38,356 nucleotides of DNA, from IMG/VR virus record IMGVR_UViG_3300014613_000051, positions 1-38,356 of that record. One strand, given 5' to 3'. Origin of the DNA: a virus (Duplodnaviria; Caudoviricetes). The position numbers were made by a program, and so were the translations under genes. This document shows, in pieces, positions 25,567 to 35,170 of the stretch. The notes under the pieces were generated by a model. The model was not told the origin of the DNA, ran no database searches, and saw only the letters and a list, made by a program, of their open reading frames with translations. The first letter of the stretch is position 1; each line of letters starts with the position of its first letter.

Positions 25567-26301
25567 TTGATAGAAGCAATAACCGAATCAAATACCATAA
25601 CAATACCTACCTCTGCAGAAATAGAAATAGAATTAATAAAAATATTATATAATACAATCACCATTAAAAACAAACACGCACAACACAGCCGAGAAAAACA
25701 CATAGAACAATGCCCCGAATGTCACAAAACCATCTACGCCTACGATTACTGGAGAGGCGAAATACTCTGCGAAAAATGTTGCCGAGTAATAAAAGACAAC
25801 GCACCCATAACCTACTTCGAAGACCTACCACAAGAACATTATATTGATAACCACGATGAAGAAGACTTACCTGATTATTTTAAAGCAATATATAATAATG
25901 AAAATAGTACTGATGATAGTGAAGGTTCCGGAGTACAAAATAGTTATGAACGCCTAATGGAAGCACAAAGAAGATTAAAAAGTGTTGATGCAAGTAAACC
26001 TAAAAATGTTAAAGAATGGAGAAGACACCGACAACTCGATTACTTATACATACTGAAAAGTAGGTTAGGTTCCACAGATACTCAAATTGCCAATGTCGAA
26101 TATATTATTCAGAAACATGGTATTAAATATTTCCACCGAAAAGCAAGTTATGAAGAAATAATTACTTCAATCCTTATTTGGAGAATGAAGAAAGACCAAG
26201 GAAACAGGCTTAATGGACATATAACTAAATTAACCTGCGAGGGATGTTTTAATAAGAAAACCTACTCATTTATTAAACTAAAACTCGATTCTCTACCATA
26301 A
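25567..26301 (+). CDS. TFIIB/TFB-type zinc-ribbon protein (putative viral transcription factor)
   Basis: QCPECHKTIYAYDYWRGEILCEKCCRVIKD matches the TFB N-terminal ribbon pattern; helical C-terminus. Confidence 0.75.
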   Translation: MIEAITESNTITIPTSAEIEIELIKILYNTITIKNKHAQHSREKHIEQCPECHKTIYAYDYWRGEILCEKCCRVIKDNAPITYFEDLPQEHYIDNHDEEDLPDYFKAIYNNENSTDDSEGSGVQNSYERLMEAQRRLKSVDASKPKNVKEWRRHRQLDYLYILKSRLGSTDTQIANVEYIIQKHGIKYFHRKASYEEIITSILIWRMKKDQGNRLNGHITKLTCEGCFNKKTYSFIKLKLDSLP

Positions 26302-26602
26302 TTTTTTTTTTAGAAAGTAGGTACATATATATAGAGGAAACAATAAATATTTAATATTTGGTAAACTAATCGCTCCCATAATGGAAACCCCACAGCACAC
26401 GACTAGGACTCATTATACTAAATATCATCCTCTGAAACTATTTTCCATATTGGAAACAACTAACATACTTATTCATTATTATTACGGGAGGGTGCCCCAT
26501 AGAAAGCAAAGCACACACCCTCCAAATCACTATCATACTTTTTTGTGTATAACCACTTATAAACCATTATACACTTTTATACTCATTATCATATGCACCA
26601 TC

Positions 26603-26644
26603 TTATGACCCATAAACAATTATTATGACCCATAAAATGACCCA
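26603..26644. repeat. Tandem ATGACCCA(TA) boxes
   Basis: TTATGACCCATAAA at 26603-26616 and 26623-26636; ATGACCCA at 26637-26644. Confidence 0.85.
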
Positions 26645-26673
26645 ATAAAATCATATTCATAGGCATATTATTT

Positions 26674-26698
26674 GGGGGTTCAAATCCCCCCGCTACCA
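26674..26698 (+). other. tRNA 3' fragment (T-arm plus acceptor strand); candidate attP core or tRNA-like RNA end
   Basis: GGGGG-TTCAAAT-CCCCC-CGCTACCA is a perfect T stem-loop; no matching 5' half upstream. Confidence 0.65.
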
Positions 26699-26718
26699 AT
26701 CACAGGAGACCTTCTAAT

Positions 26719-27627
26719 TTGATAAAAGCAAAACAATTAGGAGAAGACCTAACACCACTAACAAAAACCCCACAAACATTCCATGAAGTAGAAATAACAT
26801 ACCATAATCTAAAACTCAAAAAACCATTTGAATTATCATTAATAGGCGACACCCACTATGCAAGCCAAGAATGCCTAGAACCATTCCTAAACTATTCACT
26901 TGAAAGAGTAAAGAACCCCCCACGATTACCTAAAAAGAATAGTGCCATGATCCATATGGGAGACGCATATGAAGCCAACGACAAAGACAGCCCAGAAGAC
27001 GCACAATTCAACCAGAAATACACTAACGAGGAATCCAAAGACCATATAATAAATATTCATAAACCATTAAATATTCGTAAGAAGTTATGGGTATGGATGG
27101 AAGGAAATCATGACGGGCACCGAAGCCGTAAAAAAACCGGAACAGCCAACAGCCGTGACATATGCCAAGTAATAGATGTTCCTTATGCAAGAATAAGTAG
27201 TTTTAATATTATTGATTTTAATGCTCACAGATTAATCGTTTATACTAATCATGGCAAAAACCGTAGCACCCCCCGATGGGTAGGCACACGGCGTAAAACA
27301 TGGGAAGAATCAATGGTTTATCCTGAAGCCGATATAATAGCAATAGGACATATCCATAAACTAAGATATGAAGATATTGTGCCTAATGAAAACATTACCG
27401 AAAATGTTGTTATTGATTATCATAAACAATGTATGACTACTAGACAAGCAGAGTTCAAAAAAAGACTTATAACCGGGCATTTCTTGGGTTATCTTGGAGG
27501 ATATGGTCAGCGTAGTGGTTATGCCCCTAACCCGGCGGGTTACCCTATAATAAAACTTAATCCTGATGGTACTTATGATGTTGAAAAAGTATGGCATCGA
27601 GACCTTATTAATAACGGAACATTATAA
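26719..27627 (+). CDS. Calcineurin-like metallophosphoesterase
   Basis: All five motifs present: GDTH, GDAYE, GNHD, NHG, GHIH. Confidence 0.9.
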   Translation: MIKAKQLGEDLTPLTKTPQTFHEVEITYHNLKLKKPFELSLIGDTHYASQECLEPFLNYSLERVKNPPRLPKKNSAMIHMGDAYEANDKDSPEDAQFNQKYTNEESKDHIINIHKPLNIRKKLWVWMEGNHDGHRSRKKTGTANSRDICQVIDVPYARISSFNIIDFNAHRLIVYTNHGKNRSTPRWVGTRRKTWEESMVYPEADIIAIGHIHKLRYEDIVPNENITENVVIDYHKQCMTTRQAEFKKRLITGHFLGYLGGYGQRSGYAPNPAGYPIIKLNPDGTYDVEKVWHRDLINNGTL

Positions 27628-27694
27628 GATGTGATTCACTATTCTATTCAAAAAATACACAAGGAGCATACGGGACGGTTTCCGGTACTTCAAG

Positions 27695-27922
27695 ATGAAA
27701 TATGACAAGGACAAAAACCCAGTTACTATTGAATACGGTGACATGACCGTACATGGCTTCATCATAAACGAAACACGACAACATATAATCTTCGCAGCAG
27801 TAGAAGGCACTCATGAAACCGTGAAGATACTTAATAAGGATTTTATTATAGAGATAAGTCCTATTTTCGCTACACCACAAAACAAGACAGAATCTGATGT
27901 TGATGATATAATGTTCAACTAA
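27695..27922 (+). CDS. Hypothetical protein
   Basis: 75 aa, small beta-barrel-like pattern. Confidence 0.55.
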   Translation: MKYDKDKNPVTIEYGDMTVHGFIINETRQHIIFAAVEGTHETVKILNKDFIIEISPIFATPQNKTESDVDDIMFN

Positions 27923-27969
27923 AACACTCATAAAAAATTATTAATAAAAAATTATAAACGGCGATAACA

Positions 27970-28170
27970 ATGATAAATAATGGAAAACTAAGCACAATAA
28001 TAGTCACACTAGCAATACCAATCATGGGCATACTCATAAGCAACCCCACAATAGTAGAAAACCTCCTAGGACAATACGGACTAGCAATTTATACCCCAAT
28101 AATAATCACTATAATCATAAGCCTCTACAACTACTACAACCCACGACCACAACCAGAAGAAGAAGCCTAA
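27970..28170 (+). CDS. Holin-like two-TM membrane protein
   Basis: Two hydrophobic segments and a charged C-terminus (NPRPQPEEEA). Confidence 0.55.
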   Translation: MINNGKLSTIIVTLAIPIMGILISNPTIVENLLGQYGLAIYTPIIITIIISLYNYYNPRPQPEEEA

Positions 28171-28178
28171 ACCATAGG

Positions 28179-28445
28179 TTGTATGTTATATTGAAAGACC
28201 AAGACCACAACCAATGCCTACACACCGAAGACCTAGACAGTATCAAAAACGACCTAAGAGACATACGAACCGTACTAGGAATCAAAGACATAACCAACGG
28301 CGAAATCAAAAAAAGAATGAGTGAACTAGGAACAGTCACTGAAAGAGAAGACAAAAAACTACACGACAGACTAACAAGCCTAGACAACCGACTATGGGCG
28401 ATACTAATAGCCGTACTCATAATGATATTAACAAAAGTATTATGA
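28179..28445 (+). CDS. Coiled-coil protein with C-terminal TM
   Basis: Heptad pattern followed by WAILIAVLIMILTKVL. Confidence 0.6.
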   Translation: MYVILKDQDHNQCLHTEDLDSIKNDLRDIRTVLGIKDITNGEIKKRMSELGTVTEREDKKLHDRLTSLDNRLWAILIAVLIMILTKVL

Positions 28446-28454
28446 ACATAGGAG

Positions 28455-28694
28455 ATGATTAGTCTTATGTGTAGTCTAGAATGTGCCGTCTATAACAAAA
28501 CAAGTACTAAGATTAATATTTGTATCAAATGCGGAGAACAATACACACCAAACACAAACAACACCCCAGAATACTGTACCAAGTGTAAAAGCAGCAACCA
28601 TGACAGCTACAATGACCTCATCGAATGCTTCGAAACAAAAATGGAAGACCATACACTAGACCAACACTACCAAACCGTAACATACAGTGATTAG
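28455..28694 (+). CDS. Zinc-ribbon protein
   Basis: CIKCG...YCTKCK. Confidence 0.6.
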   Translation: MISLMCSLECAVYNKTSTKINICIKCGEQYTPNTNNTPEYCTKCKSSNHDSYNDLIECFETKMEDHTLDQHYQTVTYSD

Positions 28695-28696
28695 TA

Positions 28697-28749
28697 TAAC
28701 TTCTAATAACTTCCAAGTTTATTACAATTAACTTCCAATAATTTATATT
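28697..28749 (+). promoter_or_regulatory. Putative packaging-operon promoter with three TAACTTC boxes
   Basis: TAACTTC at 28697, 28707 and 28729; TTTATATT at 28742-28749, 22 nt before the terS ATG. Confidence 0.5.
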
Positions 28750-28771
28750 AATTTTAAAGGCTTGTTTTATA

Positions 28772-29245
28772 ATGGCCAGACCAAATGCAGTTCTATCTTC
28801 ACCATACCTCAAAGAAATAGAGGAATTCATTAAGGAAGGTAAACCTGATACTTATATTAGTAAATGGCTTAAAAAACATGATGCTTATATCAGTAATAAA
28901 ACGATAGGAAATTATCGGAATAAGGAATTCAATATTCAAATCACAGCTCAACAAAAATATAATGAAAAGAAGAGTAAGGAGCGACTCAATAAAGCATCTG
29001 ATGAGGTTGTTAGTGACCTTGAAAAAATTGATATGATAACGGCCCTTATTGAGCCTGATGTTATTGATGAATTAAGTGAGAAGGATCAACTCTATATTTT
29101 TGATAAACTACTTAACACAAAATATAAAATCCTTGGTGTTATTGATGAGGGTGTTAAGGTAGAAACTAATCTTAATAACACTAATGTAGTTGTTGATGAA
29201 ATAAACGATTTATTTAAAGAAGCTGAGAAAGGCAATAAACTATGA
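28772..29245 (+). CDS. terS: Terminase small subunit (putative)
   Basis: N-terminal HTH-like region; ATGA-coupled to the large terminase. Confidence 0.65.
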   Translation: MARPNAVLSSPYLKEIEEFIKEGKPDTYISKWLKKHDAYISNKTIGNYRNKEFNIQITAQQKYNEKKSKERLNKASDEVVSDLEKIDMITALIEPDVIDELSEKDQLYIFDKLLNTKYKILGVIDEGVKVETNLNNTNVVVDEINDLFKEAEKGNKL

Positions 29246-30615
29246 TGGTTGATTCTTTTGATAGAACACAATACCATGAGGCCACGGCTGAAATCATTAA
29301 ACGAACTATTTATGAAAATCCCTATATTCTTTTTAAACCATACCCAAGGCAACTATGGCCTATATTCGAAGTAACCAAACCACTACAACATGATGAGGCT
29401 AATAAAGCCCTTATCGGTGCAGGGGGTTACGGTGGTAAAACATATCTAGGTTCAATGTTAGCTGCTCAATACCTTGAATTTCCCAAATACTCCTGCCTAG
29501 TAACACGCCTTAATTATGCTGAACTAACCGGTGAAGACAGTATCTGGGAAAACCTAAACGATTGGATATGTGATGAAAACCGATTAGGTGAAAAGGCTTG
29601 TAAAAGTAATGAATCTAAACTAAGAATCACAGCCCCGTCTGGTGCTAAGATATGGTTTAAAGCCTTTGACCATGTTAAAAAGAAAGGTAAAGTTAAATCA
29701 GAATCTTATGATCGGATTATTAATGATGAGGCCAGTGAATTAGATCCTAAAATATTAACATTTATTTATCGTTCTCTCCGTAGTGATAAGACTAGTCATA
29801 TACCACTTAGTATGATTAATCTTAGTAATCCTGGAGGACCTAGTACTGATTATTTATGCGAAACATTTGTAGATGGAACTGATCCTTATTATCCACTTGA
29901 TTGGAGACATAACCCCTTCATTAATAAGAAAATTTATTCTAAAACATTGGATAACTTGGATTTTATTGATCAGAAATACCAGAAAGATGGTGACTGGCAT
30001 TATAAACCAGCTAAAGGTGAACTGTTCCCAGAAAAATTATTAAATGATTGTATTATCCCAGAATCTAAATTAGAAAATATTAGTTTTGTTCGTAACCTCC
30101 GAGGACTAGATATAGCTATTACTAAGAAAGGAGATTATACTGCTTTCGTTAAATGGCAAAGAGATAGTAGGGGCCATAATTATATTACTGACCTTGTCCA
30201 TGTCCGGACTGAGTTTCCAGAGGAAACCTTTATTGATGTTATTGAAAAGGATAACCCGGAATGGGAAGAGGGCATATTTGAAACAGAGTATTATCCTGAG
30301 AAAGGAGTAGCTGAGAGTGGGGTACTTGCTAAAAGATACCTTAAACAGATTCTTAGAGATTACCTTGATAAGGGCTTGGTATTGAAGTTCATTAAACCTA
30401 TGACTAATAAGTTTACAAGGGCCCGGCCTATGGCTAGGGCTTTTAAGAATAATGAAGTTAGTATTGTTGAGGGTAAATGGAATAAGGCTTTGATTGATGA
30501 GTTTAAAGATTTCGGGCCTGATGATAAAGAATATGATCATGATGATATTATTGATGCTGGAAGTGTTGGATTTAATAAATTAGTTAAGAAATTACCTTCT
30601 TTCAAAGTATTTTAG
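29242..30615 (+). CDS. terL: Terminase large subunit
   Basis: GAGGYGGKT Walker A, IINDEASE Walker B, SNPGG, and RNase H-fold GLDIA...HDDIIDA. Confidence 0.95.
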   Translation: MMVDSFDRTQYHEATAEIIKRTIYENPYILFKPYPRQLWPIFEVTKPLQHDEANKALIGAGGYGGKTYLGSMLAAQYLEFPKYSCLVTRLNYAELTGEDSIWENLNDWICDENRLGEKACKSNESKLRITAPSGAKIWFKAFDHVKKKGKVKSESYDRIINDEASELDPKILTFIYRSLRSDKTSHIPLSMINLSNPGGPSTDYLCETFVDGTDPYYPLDWRHNPFINKKIYSKTLDNLDFIDQKYQKDGDWHYKPAKGELFPEKLLNDCIIPESKLENISFVRNLRGLDIAITKKGDYTAFVKWQRDSRGHNYITDLVHVRTEFPEETFIDVIEKDNPEWEEGIFETEYYPEKGVAESGVLAKRYLKQILRDYLDKGLVLKFIKPMTNKFTRARPMARAFKNNEVSIVEGKWNKALIDEFKDFGPDDKEYDHDDIIDAGSVGFNKLVKKLPSFKVF

Positions 30616-30630
30616 GGAGAATAAGATATT

Positions 30631-32193
30631 ATGAGTAAACCTTTTGGATTCGTCACCGAGACCGGGCAATTTGTAAGTAAATCAGCCCTCGACAAATACG
30701 CACTTAAAAGTGATGAATCAAACCAATTAATAGAAGACCCATTCACAGGTAGCTATGGATCACTCAGCATAAGAGAACCCATATACAATCCTTTAAAACT
30801 CGCAACCCTCATGGAACTAAACGGGTATCATGAATCATGTGTATATACAAAGGCCCATGATGTGGCGGGGACTGGTTATTATCTTAAGAATGTTGATGGA
30901 AAAGCGAATGACCAGGATATTAAAACATTAACTGATTTCTTTGGTAGTGAATATTGGAGTCCTACAAAAGTTTTCGGTAACACCGAGGTTGATTATGGAA
31001 GCATGGGGTATGCTGGTGCGGAAGTAATTAAGGAAAAGAAAGCCTATGATGGACCAATCCTGAGACTAAGACATGTTATCAGTCATACCATAAGGATGGA
31101 TAATACTCGTCAAAGGTTTGTTCAACAAATCGGGACCAATAAAGTTTATTATAAATCCGTACCAGCAGGTAATGATATAATAGATGGTTCTAATCTTGAA
31201 AATGACCTACATAAAACCAATGGGACATGGCATCCTAAAGGAACATTACCTCCTGAGAGCAGGGCCACCGAGTTACTATTCTTTAACCGGTATCATCCAC
31301 GTGATAAGTTTTATGGAATACCACAAATCGTACCGGCCATCACCACAATAACAGGGGATATTAGCCGGGCAAGATATAATACTACTTTCTTTGATAACTA
31401 CGCAGTACCAAGTTATGCTGTGTTTATTACCGGTAATTACGCTGATAAGGATATTAAAGATGCGGATGGTAAGATTATTGGTACAGAGCTTCAAAAAGCA
31501 ATCAAAGACCATTTCAAACAATTAGCCAAAAACCCGCATAGTACACTTATACTTGCTTTACCTACTGATGATAAAGACGAAGGCGAGGTTAAAGTAGAAT
31601 TCAAACCCCTCGCAGTGGATATTAAAGAAGCCAGTTTCAGATTATACCGTAAAGATAACCGAGACGAGATAGTAAGCAAACATAAGGTCCCACCATACCG
31701 GATTGGTATATATGAAACCGGTTCTCTTGCTGGGAATCTTGGAATAGAATCAACTAAGATATACCGGGATAGTGAAGTTAAACCTAACCAGGAGAAATAT
31801 TATCCCGCCATTAATGATTATATTATAAAAACTTGTTTCGGGATAGAACACGTGGAATTTGTTTTCAACCCATTAAGTATTGATGAAACCACTCAGGACT
31901 TGGAAGAGGCCACAAAATTATCTGATAAAGGAGCCATGACCCCAAACGATCTCATAAGATTCTTTGGTAAGAAGTTTGGCCTTGAAGAAATCGATCACCC
32001 GGCCATGAATGCCCATTACATTAATGGTACAGCTATTGATTACACTCCTGAAGTAAATGATGATCCTAATGTGATTAAGATACTTGATAATATGCGTGAT
32101 GATTTATTGGAGGTGGCGAAGAATGAGTTTAGCAACAAAGATGGCTATGATAATAGGGGAGTCATCGAATCAATTAAGAGGCATCTCAGTTAA
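30631..32193 (+). CDS. Portal protein
   Basis: 520 aa after terL; FYGIPQI, FFDNYAVP and HKVPPYRIG motifs. Confidence 0.9.
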   Translation: MSKPFGFVTETGQFVSKSALDKYALKSDESNQLIEDPFTGSYGSLSIREPIYNPLKLATLMELNGYHESCVYTKAHDVAGTGYYLKNVDGKANDQDIKTLTDFFGSEYWSPTKVFGNTEVDYGSMGYAGAEVIKEKKAYDGPILRLRHVISHTIRMDNTRQRFVQQIGTNKVYYKSVPAGNDIIDGSNLENDLHKTNGTWHPKGTLPPESRATELLFFNRYHPRDKFYGIPQIVPAITTITGDISRARYNTTFFDNYAVPSYAVFITGNYADKDIKDADGKIIGTELQKAIKDHFKQLAKNPHSTLILALPTDDKDEGEVKVEFKPLAVDIKEASFRLYRKDNRDEIVSKHKVPPYRIGIYETGSLAGNLGIESTKIYRDSEVKPNQEKYYPAINDYIIKTCFGIEHVEFVFNPLSIDETTQDLEEATKLSDKGAMTPNDLIRFFGKKFGLEEIDHPAMNAHYINGTAIDYTPEVNDDPNVIKILDNMRDDLLEVAKNEFSNKDGYDNRGVIESIKRHLS

Positions 32194-32986
32194 AGCCACA
32201 CCAGAAGAAGAGTTATTCGCCAAGAACCCTACTCCTTTAACTCCTGAACAATTAGCTTTCTATGATCTTATTGATTCAATTATTATGGCCCAGATGGATA
32301 TTAATATGGATCTGGTTAAAGAAGCCCGTGTTAAAGAATTAATGCGATATGATTTCCTTAGAAGCGTTAATCCTGAGATGGACCGGTTTATCACATCCAA
32401 GATGCCCGATGTCGAATCCTTCACTAAGTCTTTTTATGAGCATGGTAAGAAGCTTGGTTACGATCAGATGAAGGTTGATGCTTTTACGAGTAATGTTGAT
32501 ACCAGGGCACTTTTTAATTTGAATCGTTATGATTTCAATCTTATAAAGAATTTATCAATTGATTTACAAGCCGATGTGCAGAGAACAGTTTGGCGAGGTG
32601 TTGCCAATAACCAAACAACTAAAGAAATAACAAGACGACTAGCGAAACTACCGATTGAACCATTGAAGGTTAATAATCGTGTTATCAGTGCTAAGACAAG
32701 GGCCGAGATGATAGCTAAAACAGAGACCATGAGGGCACGTAACCAAGGATTATTCATGACTTATGAAGAATACAATATCCCTTATTGGAATACTCTTCTA
32801 GGTAAGAATCCATGTCCTAGGTGTCTTCGTATCCATAACGCCGGGCCTTATCCATTAGAGGATTTCATGAGACCACCTTTCCATACTCGGTGTGAGTGTA
32901 CACCTGAGCCTGTTGGTAAACCGGTTGGTCCGGTGCCGCCTAAGAGTTATATGGATTTAACTTCTGCGGATTTAATCAAAGTATAA
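32123..32986 (+). CDS. Head morphogenesis protein (SPP1 gp7/Mu F-like)
   Basis: RAEMIAKTETMRARNQG...CPRC...PPFHTRCEC; GGAGGTG SD before ATG 32123. Confidence 0.85.
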   Translation: MSLATKMAMIIGESSNQLRGISVKATPEEELFAKNPTPLTPEQLAFYDLIDSIIMAQMDINMDLVKEARVKELMRYDFLRSVNPEMDRFITSKMPDVESFTKSFYEHGKKLGYDQMKVDAFTSNVDTRALFNLNRYDFNLIKNLSIDLQADVQRTVWRGVANNQTTKEITRRLAKLPIEPLKVNNRVISAKTRAEMIAKTETMRARNQGLFMTYEEYNIPYWNTLLGKNPCPRCLRIHNAGPYPLEDFMRPPFHTRCECTPEPVGKPVGPVPPKSYMDLTSADLIKV

Positions 32987-33028
32987 TATACTCATTTTTT
33001 TTTTAATTAAATTTATTTTTGGAGGTGA

Positions 33029-34069
33029 ATGAATATCACACAATTAACTAATTTTATAGCCATAAAAGACACCATTAAAAGACTAGTAACCGGCCCCGTA
33101 GCAATACCAGAATGCCCCGACTGCGACTTCGACAGAGGCGAGAAAACATTTAGTGTTGATGAAATAGAGACAATGGTCCATAAATACAATACAGAATACC
33201 GTAATGCCGATTCAATGCACATAATCAACAGTACAAAGGATATTATAGGCCAATCAGTAGAGAACTGGACGCTTAAGGAACCCATGAGTGTTAAAAACAT
33301 TAATGGAACCATAGTAAGTTTACCAATTGGTACATGGATGACAACTATTAAAATCGAAGATGACACTACTTGGGAGCGTATTGAATCCGGTGAACTAAGA
33401 GGCTTCAGTGCCATGTATGTACCAGAAACACGGGCCGAATTATTTAAGGCTGAGAAACGAACCCTTGTAGCTGAACTCGAAGACCCTGTCCCGGTTAGTA
33501 TTGCTGTTGTTGATAAACCCTGTGTTTTTGATGCTATTTTTACCAGTGTTAAAAATAAGCCTGTTCCTTGGGGAACCGGAGATCCTAGTCTAGTCGATGA
33601 CTCTGATAAAGAATCAAATAAAGCAGGTCGTAGTATAAGTAATAATACTTTTAGTAAGATACAATCTGCTTTTGATAGTCTTAATGAATTAATACAATCT
33701 GCAATGAATGAAAGAACCCCAACCCTGGAGGATAACACTATGAGTAAAGAAGAACAAGTATCTGAGAAATCAGAAGAGAAAATAGAATTTGTGACTAAAA
33801 ACGATTTAGATGAGAAACTTGAATCCCTTAAATCTGAATTGATTGAAGCACTTAAAGCAGAAGAAGAGCCAGAAGCATCTGAAGAGGATGAATCTAAAGA
33901 AGAGGAAGATGACGATGAACCTTCCGAACTCGAAGCACTGAAAACAGAAATAGAAGACCTAAAACAACAAGTCAATAAATCCAATGACCTCACCGATGAA
34001 CCCCCTAAAAAACCAGAGGCCAGTAACAAACGTGATGAAAACGGATTACCAATCAATAGAGCATGGTAA
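33029..34069 (+). CDS. Capsid maturation protease (XkdF-like) with C-terminal scaffold
   Basis: DSMH, GTWM, WERIESGELRGFS and IAVVDKPC motifs; acidic coiled-coil C-terminus. Confidence 0.85.
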   Translation: MNITQLTNFIAIKDTIKRLVTGPVAIPECPDCDFDRGEKTFSVDEIETMVHKYNTEYRNADSMHIINSTKDIIGQSVENWTLKEPMSVKNINGTIVSLPIGTWMTTIKIEDDTTWERIESGELRGFSAMYVPETRAELFKAEKRTLVAELEDPVPVSIAVVDKPCVFDAIFTSVKNKPVPWGTGDPSLVDDSDKESNKAGRSISNNTFSKIQSAFDSLNELIQSAMNERTPTLEDNTMSKEEQVSEKSEEKIEFVTKNDLDEKLESLKSELIEALKAEEEPEASEEDESKEEEDDDEPSELEALKTEIEDLKQQVNKSNDLTDEPPKKPEASNKRDENGLPINRAW

Positions 34070-34121
34070 AACATTGAAAACTATTATTATTAAATATTCT
34101 TTATAAATGGAGGAAATAATT

Positions 34122-35129
34122 ATGAGTCAAGAATTATTAGACAAAGCAGTAGCTGCATTTAAATCAGATTTAGACATAGACGACCTATCCAATTTCATAC
34201 TAAACCCTGCACAACAAACCCAATTCATGGAAGCAATGGAAGTAAAATCCAAACTATTATCCATGATCCGCCGGGTCACAATGGACAGATCCAAACAAAA
34301 CATAGACAGCATCCAATTCTATGGGAGAGTAACCGTTGCCGGTGCAGCTGCTAACGGAAGCGTAAGAGTTTTAGATGATGATGATAAAGCAGAACCAGTC
34401 GCAGAACAAAACATACTTGATGCTGTTGAGATGGTAGCATCCGCCGGGATATATGACAGGACACTAAGAAGAGTTCTTGGTAAACAAACCTTCGGACCAT
34501 TCCTATTAAACCTATTAGGTAATGCTCATGGAAGGGATAAGGAAGAACTCGCATTCTTCGGTAACACTAATATAGTTTATACTAATGATGATTTATTATC
34601 TCAAACCGATGGGTTCGCAGTATCCGCCGGGAACCAATTGTTCGGTGCGGGTTCCAATAAAGACTTTGACCCAGCAGCTAAACAATTCCCATTAACCCTA
34701 TTCGATGCTATGATCGAGGCATTACCTGAAAGATACTTTGATGACCCATCACAGCTTTGTTTCATGATAGACCAGAGCATATTCCTACAAGCACTCGACC
34801 TTTGGGGCCTAAGAAACACTGCTCTTGGTGATCAAGTATTATCCACTGGTGTTTTACCGCCATATAAGGGAATCACACCGGTTTACATGCCACTCCTTTC
34901 TCGTGCTAAATCCAGTGTTCAGAACCTCACTGATGGTCATACTGGCCGTATCGCTATGCTTCAGAATGTGTCTAACATGAATGAAGGTGTGTTTAAAGAG
35001 GTTAGTGTTGAGCCTAAAAGGGTTCCGGAAGCTCGTAAGTCTGAATGGTACTTGTCATGTGAAGGAGATATTCAGTACCAGGAAAAGAATGCTGCTGTCA
35101 CTGCTTTCATTGAAAGGGAAAGCTTATAA
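34122..35129 (+). CDS. Major capsid protein (HK97 fold)
   Basis: Follows the protease; ILNPAQQTQFM, RDKEELAFFGN and ALPERY motifs; GGAGG SD before ATG 34122. Confidence 0.85.
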   Translation: MSQELLDKAVAAFKSDLDIDDLSNFILNPAQQTQFMEAMEVKSKLLSMIRRVTMDRSKQNIDSIQFYGRVTVAGAAANGSVRVLDDDDKAEPVAEQNILDAVEMVASAGIYDRTLRRVLGKQTFGPFLLNLLGNAHGRDKEELAFFGNTNIVYTNDDLLSQTDGFAVSAGNQLFGAGSNKDFDPAAKQFPLTLFDAMIEALPERYFDDPSQLCFMIDQSIFLQALDLWGLRNTALGDQVLSTGVLPPYKGITPVYMPLLSRAKSSVQNLTDGHTGRIAMLQNVSNMNEGVFKEVSVEPKRVPEARKSEWYLSCEGDIQYQEKNAAVTAFIERESL

Positions 35130-35170
35130 TTAAAATATATTATTATTATTTTTTGAGGAGGAATTAAAGT

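Noticed and set aside
26381-26608. 75-aa ORF from the track
   Set aside because: No SD, a His/Thr/Tyr-biased composition that mirrors local base skew, and it overlaps hairpins; treated as non-coding.
26603-26650. Mini CRISPR or guide-RNA array
   Set aside because: Repeats are only 8-14 bp with 0-6 bp gaps, there are no spacer-length inserts, and no Cas- or Nop-like gene was recognised.
26620-26698. Complete tRNA gene
   Set aside because: No D-arm, anticodon arm or 5' acceptor strand can be formed upstream of the T-arm.
33013-34074. 353-aa minus-strand ORF
   Set aside because: It is the antisense shadow of the protease/scaffold gene; its Ser runs mirror GAA codons.
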